NCBI GenBank assembly: GCA_035644155.1
Contig: DASQPC010000081.1
Coordinates: 1-50,297 of the forward strand
DNA length: 50,297 nt
DNA from: Candidatus Methylomirabilota bacterium
GTDB lineage: Bacteria > Patescibacteriota > Microgenomatia > Levybacterales > UBA12049
Direction of reading: 5' to 3'
The notes under the pieces are model-generated. The model was not told the origin of the DNA. It saw only the letters and a program-made list of their open reading frames with translations, and did not search any database. The translations under genes were made by a program, and so were the position numbers. Shown in pieces: positions 44,725-50,297 of the stretch. Numbering within the stretch: position 1 is the first letter of the stretch; each line of letters starts with the position of its first letter.

Positions 44725-45900
44725 ATGAATCGCAAACCTGCCTTGATTTTTCTTGGAATAGTTGTTTATGTCCTCAGTACACTTGTCTCGTATGCCATTT
44801 TTTCAGGATCGTCAGTGTTATCAAAAATTGGAGGAGGTCAGCAATCCTCTCAGACTGCAAAAATAACCAATGACTATCAAGCCTTAACCTTTGATCCAAC
44901 GGCGGCAAAGACAGAAGAATGTCCTCTCAATGGCACAATGTATTCTCAAGATGAAAAAAATTGGTGGGAAAAGCATAGACCTTTGGGAGTTATGATTGAA
45001 AATCATTTCGATGCGCGTCCACAGTCAGGTATTAACGCAGCAGATGTCACTTATGAAGCAGTTGCCGAAGGAGGAATTACTCGAACACTTAATGTATATT
45101 ACTGCCAAGACGCAGGTATTGTCGGACCCGTTCGTTCTGCTCGTACATATTTCTTAGATTTTATTTCTGAGTATGGTGATTATCCACTCTATGCGCATGT
45201 CGGTGGGGCAAATACGCCAGGGCCGGCGGATGCATTAGGTCAAATAGGTGACTATGGGTGGAATCAATATAACGACCTTAATCAATTTTCAATTGGATTC
45301 CCAACATTCAAGCGTGATGAAAGCCGATTGGGAAGAGAAGTCGCTACAGAACACACAATGTATTCAACAACAAGTCAATTGTGGGCTGTTGGTGTACAAC
45401 GAGGACTTACCAATAAAGATAAGAAAGGAAATTCGTGGGATGATACGTTTGTAAAATATTCTTTCAAAGACAATCCTGACTTATCAAGTAGACCAGCAGC
45501 ACAGAGTATTCATATTGATTTTTGGAGCGATTCTAATTATGCAGTTGACTGGACGTATTCTGCAAAGCAGAATGAATATTTGCGTAAGAATGGCGGGGTA
45601 CCGCACATGGATCGCAATACAAACAAACAACTATCAGCCAAGAATATCGTTGTTCTCTTTATGAAAGAGTCTCACGCAAATGATGGCTATGAAGACAATG
45701 CACACATGCTCTATGGCGATAAAGGAACTGGGCAAGCGTTGGTCTTTTTGAATGGTAATGAAATCAAAGGTACATGGAAGAAAGCGGATAGAACATCACG
45801 AACATTGCTGCTTGATAGTACCGGTCAAGAGATCAAATTTACGAGAGGAAAAATTTGGTTTGAAATCCAACCGCTCGATGCAGAAATATTAGTTAAATAA
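44725..45900 (+). CDS. DUF3048 (YerB-like) extracytoplasmic protein
   Basis: 391 aa with an N-terminal TM/signal anchor. RPLGVMIENHFDARPQSGINAADVTYEAVAEGGITR is the characteristic DUF3048 N-terminal block. Confidence 0.65.
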   Translation: MNRKPALIFLGIVVYVLSTLVSYAIFSGSSVLSKIGGGQQSSQTAKITNDYQALTFDPTAAKTEECPLNGTMYSQDEKNWWEKHRPLGVMIENHFDARPQSGINAADVTYEAVAEGGITRTLNVYYCQDAGIVGPVRSARTYFLDFISEYGDYPLYAHVGGANTPGPADALGQIGDYGWNQYNDLNQFSIGFPTFKRDESRLGREVATEHTMYSTTSQLWAVGVQRGLTNKDKKGNSWDDTFVKYSFKDNPDLSSRPAAQSIHIDFWSDSNYAVDWTYSAKQNEYLRKNGGVPHMDRNTNKQLSAKNIVVLFMKESHANDGYEDNAHMLYGDKGTGQALVFLNGNEIKGTWKKADRTSRTLLLDSTGQEIKFTRGKIWFEIQPLDAEILVK

Positions 45901-45928
45901 ACGTACGTATTCAATTTTTCCTAAAATA

Positions 45929-45998
45929 CTGTCATCTCGAGTGATAACGAGAGATCTTATTGAGATTTCTCAGCCAATACTTGGCTTGGAAATGACAG
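45929..45998. repeat. 70-nt structured palindromic element (longest copy of a dispersed repeat family)
   Basis: CTGTCATCTCGAGTGATAACGAGAGATCTTATTGAGATTTCTCAGCCAATACTTGGCTTGGAAATGACAG. The terminal inverted repeats are CTGTCAT/ATGACAG. Internal hairpins are CTCG-8nt-CGAG, AGATCT-5nt-AGATTT and AGCCAA-3nt-TTGGCT. See the copies at 4461-4500 and 8310-8347. Confidence 0.75.
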
Positions 45999-46084
45999 CC
46001 TACTGAAGAAAACTGAATATTTATAAATAAACCTCTTGTATTCTAAGGATATCCGCGCTAAAATGTATAAAAAATTACCCTATT

Positions 46085-46660
46085 ATGCTATCTGATCTTA
46101 TTACATCCAAAACCCGTGTCAAGCTCCTGAATGTTTTTTTGAACACACCTCTTGAAATGTATCATGTTCGTGAATGCGTCAGAAGGACAAAGGAAGAGAT
46201 CAATGCAGTCAGACGAGAATTGTTGCTTCTTGAAAAAAAAGGTATCCTCAATCGCGAACCACGAGCCAATAGAGTCTATTACTCACTTTCCAAAGACTAT
46301 CCGTTCTATTTTGATTTGCTTAAGATTGGCGCGAAGACAATTGGCCTGGGACAAGCTATTTTAGAAAACAGGGTCAAATTGGGTAAAATAAAGTTTGCTA
46401 TGTTTTCTGGGAAATTTGTCAGACGTATCAAAGAATCTCCTGAAGATGTTGATTTGATTGTGATTGGGACGATTGTTCTTCCTGAACTTTCGATTTTGGT
46501 ACGAAATGAAGAAATGCGTCTTGGGATGGAAATTAATTACACAGCAATGACAGAGGAAGAATTTAAATTCCGTAAACAACGCAACGATCCTTTTCTCGTT
46601 ACGATCCTGACTGGGTCCAGAGTAATGCTCATAGGCGATGAGGAGGCGTTACTTGCATGA
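46085..46660 (+). CDS. Winged-helix (ArsR/MarR-like) DNA-binding protein with an uncharacterised C-terminal domain
   Basis: 191 aa. The N-terminal ~70 aa (KTRVKLLNVFL...YHVRECVRRTKEEINAVRRELLLLEKKGIL...RVYYSL) have a wHTH pattern. Its stop overlaps the secD start (ATGA). Confidence 0.55.
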   Translation: MLSDLITSKTRVKLLNVFLNTPLEMYHVRECVRRTKEEINAVRRELLLLEKKGILNREPRANRVYYSLSKDYPFYFDLLKIGAKTIGLGQAILENRVKLGKIKFAMFSGKFVRRIKESPEDVDLIVIGTIVLPELSILVRNEEMRLGMEINYTAMTEEEFKFRKQRNDPFLVTILTGSRVMLIGDEEALLA

Positions 46661-47994
46661 AGAGAATCTTAAATTTCTCTTTTCTCTTCATTTTGCTTTT
46701 GGCAATCCTTTGTCTCATTATTAATTTTTCCCAAGCCTTTACAATCAATCTTGGTCCAATCCACCAGAAAATTTCAGGTATTGATCTTAAAAAACTCCAC
46801 ATCACTCGCGATTTTAATTTTCGTAAAGGTTTAGATCTTGAAGGAGGGACAAGTATTACTCTTCGTGCTGACATGAGTACTATTGCGTCTTCCGAGCGAG
46901 ATGATGCGCTTGATTCTGCAAAGACAGTTATTGAACGACGGGTCAATTTCTTTGGTGTTTCAGAACCAGTTGTCCAAACGGCAAAAGTAAACAATGACTA
47001 TCGAATTCTTGTTGAAATTCCCGGTATTACTGATGTTAATCAAGCAGTAAGTTTGGTTGGAAAAACGGCAAAGTTAAGTTTTTGGGAGGAAGGTTCGAGT
47101 AGTTCTGCCAAACTTGCCAGTCCTTCTGCAATGCCTTTGGGAGTTGCTCAGTTGGTAGGTCCAAATGCGGTTGAAGCATCCTTGACTGGTACAGATCTCA
47201 AGCAAGCATCAGTAACATTTGATAGCAATTCTGGCAAGCCGCAGGTGCAGTTAGTTTTTACTGCCGCAGGTGGGAAGAAGTTTGCTGACATTACCAAACG
47301 AAATGTTGGAAGGATTTTGGCAATCGCGCTTGATAACCAACTTGTCGAGGCACCACGAGTCAACGAAGCAATTTATGGTGGCAATGCTGTTATCACTGGC
47401 GAATTTACGACAGACCAAGCAAAAGTATTACAAGTCCAGCTCAATGCTGGCGCACTTCCTGTTTCTCTTTCTGTTCTTGAACAGCATGCAATTGGCGCAA
47501 CGCTTGGTGAGTCGTCTCTTCAGAAGAGTTTGATTGCTGGTATTCTTGGTTTTTTTGTCATTGTTCTTTTTATGGTTGTTCTGTATGGACGATTGGGTAT
47601 TATTGCAAGTTTTGCTCTAACGCTTTATGCGCTTCTCGTGTTAACATTATTCAGACTTATTCCAGTGACGTTGACGCTTGCAGGCATTGCGGCATTTATT
47701 CTTTCAATCGGTATTGCTGTTGATGCAAACATTTTGATTTTTGAACGCATGAAAGAAGAATTGCGTCTTGGCAAATCAGAGCAAATGGCAATTGATCAAG
47801 GTTTCAAACGAGCATGGGCATCAATCCGTGATTCAAATGTTGCGAGCCTTATCACCAGTTGTATATTGTATTATTTTGGAACGGGTATTATTAGAGGATT
47901 TGCTTTTACGTTAGCTCTTGGTGTTTTAGTTTCGATGTTCTCAGCAATTTTTGTAACCAGGACGCTTTTAAGAGTTTTTTATAGAAATAAATAA
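46657..47994 (+). CDS. secD: Protein translocase subunit SecD
   Basis: 445 aa with an N-terminal TM, a large periplasmic domain (LGLDLxGG-like GLDLEGGTSITL) and a C-terminal 5-TM bundle. It is followed by secF. Confidence 0.9.
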   Translation: MKRILNFSFLFILLLAILCLIINFSQAFTINLGPIHQKISGIDLKKLHITRDFNFRKGLDLEGGTSITLRADMSTIASSERDDALDSAKTVIERRVNFFGVSEPVVQTAKVNNDYRILVEIPGITDVNQAVSLVGKTAKLSFWEEGSSSSAKLASPSAMPLGVAQLVGPNAVEASLTGTDLKQASVTFDSNSGKPQVQLVFTAAGGKKFADITKRNVGRILAIALDNQLVEAPRVNEAIYGGNAVITGEFTTDQAKVLQVQLNAGALPVSLSVLEQHAIGATLGESSLQKSLIAGILGFFVIVLFMVVLYGRLGIIASFALTLYALLVLTLFRLIPVTLTLAGIAAFILSIGIAVDANILIFERMKEELRLGKSEQMAIDQGFKRAWASIRDSNVASLITSCILYYFGTGIIRGFAFTLALGVLVSMFSAIFVTRTLLRVFYRNK

Positions 47995-47996
47995 AC

Positions 47997-48908
47997 ATGT
48001 TAAATATTATTGGTAAAAAAAATTGGTATTTTGTGATTTCACTTTTGGTAATTATTCCAGGAGTTATATCTCTCTTGATGTGGGGAATTAATCTCTCGAT
48101 TGATTTTACTGGTGGTTCTCGTATGACGCTTTCTTCACAACAAGTGATCAATAATCAAAACGTTAGCAAGGTACAAAATATTTTTCATCAACAAAATATC
48201 GAAGTTGTCACAACACAAGTCTCAGGCAAACAAATCATTCTTCGTACAAAACCAATGACTGAAAAACAAGATGCACAGATTTTGACATCGTTGCAGCAAA
48301 TTGGTTCTTTCAAACAAGAAGAATTTGAAACAATTGGTCCAGTTATCGGAAAAGAGATCACGCTTAATGCTCTCAAATCCATAGCAATCGCAGCGTTTCT
48401 TATCGTATTTTACATTGCTTGGTCTTTTAGAAAAGTACCAAAACCTGTGAGCAGTTGGAGATTTGGTATTTGCGCAATTATTGCGCTTTTGCATGATGTG
48501 TTGGTGGTTGTTGGTATTTTTTCTCTTCTTGGTCATTTCTTCCATGTTGAAGTTGACAATCTTTTTGTGACAGCAATTTTGACTGTCGTTGGGTTCTCAG
48601 TGCATGATACGATTGTCGTGTTTGATCGAATCAGAGAAAATCTACGCAGGACAATCAGTACACCATTTGCACAAGTTGTGAATGATTCAATCCTTCAGAC
48701 ACTGGTGAGATCTTTGAATACATCACTTACTGCACTTCTTGTTTTGTTGACACTTCTTATTTTTGGGGGAGAAAGTGTTAGATGGTTTATTGTTGCTTTA
48801 CTTATTGGTATTACGAGTGGTACGTATTCTTCTATCTTTAATGCTGCACCGCTTCTCGTCCTTTGGGAAGAATTTGATGCCAAACGAAGAGCAAAGAAAA
48901 GTAAATAA
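47997..48908 (+). CDS. secF: Protein translocase subunit SecF
   Basis: 303 aa with the motif GINLSIDFTGGS, a 6-TM architecture and the conserved HDTIVVFDRIREN. Confidence 0.9.
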   Translation: MLNIIGKKNWYFVISLLVIIPGVISLLMWGINLSIDFTGGSRMTLSSQQVINNQNVSKVQNIFHQQNIEVVTTQVSGKQIILRTKPMTEKQDAQILTSLQQIGSFKQEEFETIGPVIGKEITLNALKSIAIAAFLIVFYIAWSFRKVPKPVSSWRFGICAIIALLHDVLVVVGIFSLLGHFFHVEVDNLFVTAILTVVGFSVHDTIVVFDRIRENLRRTISTPFAQVVNDSILQTLVRSLNTSLTALLVLLTLLIFGGESVRWFIVALLIGITSGTYSSIFNAAPLLVLWEEFDAKRRAKKSK

Positions 48909-48981
48909 AATCCTCTGAATACTTTACTTAGATTAACCAATCATCAATTTAGTTTTGCAACGAGTTCATTGGTAGGACGAC

Positions 48982-49158
48982 ATGCAAGAAATTGAGTTAA
49001 CTGATCCTTATTATTTCAATCAAGAAAAAGCAACCGTTGAGAAAATTCACGAAACAACAACAGTCTTTATTCAAGGATCGGCAATAACAAGTGTTGAAAA
49101 AATTACTGATGAAGAAGCGAGGAAGCTGTATGTTTTTCTCGTAAAGAAGAAGCGTTAA
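48982..49158 (+). CDS. Possible small ORF (58 aa), hypothetical
   Basis: My own translation is MQEIELTDPYYFNQEKATVEKIHETTTVFIQGSAITSVEKITDEEARKLYVFLVKKKR. It has a weak AGGA 5 nt upstream and fills an otherwise 250-nt gap. I recognise no family. Confidence 0.3.
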   Translation: MQEIELTDPYYFNQEKATVEKIHETTTVFIQGSAITSVEKITDEEARKLYVFLVKKKR

Positions 49159-49617
49159 CTATTTTGCTAATGCTTCTCGTACCAATTTACTAACCATCCC
49201 ACCATCGGCTTTGCCTTTGACTTGTGGCATCAGAGCGTTCATAACTTTGCCCATCTCATCAACTGATGACACACCTGATTTTTGTACAGCCTCGGCAACA
49301 AGCTTTCTCACTTCATCTTCACCCATTTGTTCAGGTAAATATTTTTGAAGAAGTGCTAATTCTTTTTCTTCTTTTTCAGCAAGTTCTGGACGATTAGCAT
49401 TTCTAAATTGTTCAATAGAATCTCTATGTTGTTTTGCTTCTTTTTGGATAACATTCATCACGTCTTCTTCACTTGCTTCATATCCTGCGCCGCCTTTTTG
49501 AATTTCTGCATAACCAATGGCAGAAATGACCATACGAAGGACAGAGGTCTTCATCTCGTCTTTAGCGAGCATAGATTGTTTGAGTTCGTCTTTGAGTTGT
49601 TGCTTGGTCATAGACAT
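49159..49617 (-). CDS. yqeY: GatB/YqeY-domain protein
   Basis: 152 aa. LKQSMLAKDEMKTSVLRMVISAI...EIQKG is typical of the YqeY family. Confidence 0.85.
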   Translation of the reverse strand: MSMTKQQLKDELKQSMLAKDEMKTSVLRMVISAIGYAEIQKGGAGYEASEEDVMNVIQKEAKQHRDSIEQFRNANRPELAEKEEKELALLQKYLPEQMGEDEVRKLVAEAVQKSGVSSVDEMGKVMNALMPQVKGKADGGMVSKLVREALAK

Positions 49618-49638
49618 ATTATAACAAAATTTATTGGA

Positions 49639-50297
49639 TTAGTTATCAGTAATAAATCCTTTGATTTGATGATTCCACATATTCTTAAAAAGTCCATTTG
49701 GTTTTTCCAGCAAATCATCAGGATTGCCATCTTCTGCAATTTTTCCAGATTTAATGACAATAATCCGATCCATTTTTTTCAGTGTTGATAAGCGATGAGC
49801 TATTGCTATAACTGTTCTATCTTTCATAAGTTTTTCAAGAGACTCCTGGATTGCGTGTTCACTTTCGCTATCAAGACTACTTGTCGCTTCATCAAGGATC
49901 AAAATCGGCGCATTCTTAAGAAATGCCCGAGCAATTGCAATTCTTTGGCGTTGACCTCCAGAAAGTTTGACTCCTCGCTCTCCAACTAAGGTTTCATATT
50001 TTTGAGGAAGTGACTCAATAAACTCATTTGCATTTGCAAGTTTGGCTGCGCGTCTGACCTCTTCATCTGTCGCATCAGGATTACTATAGCTGATATTTTC
50101 TTTGATGGTTCGATGAAACATACTCGTATCTTGCGGAACAAATGCAATATTTCGACGTAAACTTTCAAGCGTCACGTCTGAAATATTTTGTTCATCAATA
50201 GTGATATCACCTTTTTGGATTTCGAAATGACGAAGCAGCAGTGAAACAAATGTTGTTTTTCCTGCACCGCTTTTGCCCACCAATCCTACTTTTTGTC
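49639..50297 (-). CDS. ABC exporter (MsbA/ABCB-type), C-terminal nucleotide-binding domain; the 5' part lies outside the window
   Basis: The frame is open to the window end. It shows Walker [10 protein letters not shown], signature LSGGQRQR, Walker [10 protein letters not shown] and H-loop IAHRLST. Confidence 0.9.
   Translation of the reverse strand, partial: QKVGLVGKSGAGKTTFVSLLLRHFEIQKGDITIDEQNISDVTLESLRRNIAFVPQDTSMFHRTIKENISYSNPDATDEEVRRAAKLANANEFIESLPQKYETLVGERGVKLSGGQRQRIAIARAFLKNAPILILDEATSSLDSESEHAIQESLEKLMKDRTVIAIAHRLSTLKKMDRIIVIKSGKIAEDGNPDDLLEKPNGLFKNMWNHQIKGFITDN

Noticed and set aside
45929-46000. The 70-nt palindromic element looked like a tRNA: a 7-bp acceptor-like stem, three internal hairpins and CC after the 3' arm.
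   Set aside because: There is no spacer at positions 8-9, and the D-loop lacks GG. The would-be anticodon loop is 5 nt unless the stem is shortened, and the T-arm has a 3-nt loop with no GTTC/TPsiC motif. The same sequence also occurs inside two coding regions. It is a repeat element, not a tRNA gene.
1-50297. Defence systems, prophage, integrases/transposases, toxin-antitoxin pairs, CRISPR-Cas and rRNA/tRNA genes.
   Set aside because: No ORF carries the corresponding motifs. The intergenic regions are too short to hold such genes, and I inspected each one individually.

Overview
AT-rich, very gene-dense 50.3-kb window with about 55 protein-coding genes, many with overlapping or few-nt-spaced stop/start codons. 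I found no rRNA, tRNA, CRISPR array, transposase or integrase. The code is standard: TGA terminates several genes and an RF2 gene is present. The gene content (DUF5679 zinc ribbon, GT-C/GT39-like enzyme, SBBP beta-propeller, half-size TsaB, archaeal-type PurP) suggests a streamlined uncultivated bacterium, plausibly Patescibacteria/CPR-like; this is inference only.

Layout:
- 243-17078 (-): a complete de novo purine (IMP) pathway as one co-directional string, purF::purN, purD::purS-like::purL, purQ, purP, purH, purP, purB, purK, purE, purC, an EamA transporter, purM.
- 17271-18638 (+): a small membrane protein and prfB.
- 18621-23719 (-): a folate operon, folP-folB-folE-pabC::pabB-folK-cofE-like.
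- 23814-30599 (+): ftsE-ftsX with a coiled-coil cysteine-peptidase hydrolase, a Pro/Thr-repeat surface protein, tsaE-tsaC-short tsaB, and a CAP-domain protein.
- 30601-43475 (+): an envelope glycan cluster with dTDP-, UDP- and GDP-sugar genes, glycosyltransferases, a GT2::GtrA polyprenyl-phosphate-sugar synthase, a secreted SBBP propeller and a GT-C transferase.
- 43782-50297: small proteins, DUF4446, DUF3048, a wHTH regulator coupled to secDF, yqeY, and an ABC exporter fragment.

Most unusual signals:
- A short, highly structured palindromic repeat family has one 70-nt intergenic copy and two copies sitting in-frame inside purK and purH, reminiscent of Rickettsia palindromic elements.
- The purine operon mixes two archaeal-type PurP paralogs with a full PurH and contains two unusual multi-enzyme fusions.
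- The purine operon leader carries a promoter, an operator-like palindrome and a terminator-like hairpin, and matches no riboswitch class I can recognise.
- A CofE-like gene occupies the FolC position of the folate operon.
- A Ppm/GT-C pair brackets a secreted beta-propeller, suggesting extracytoplasmic glycosylation.
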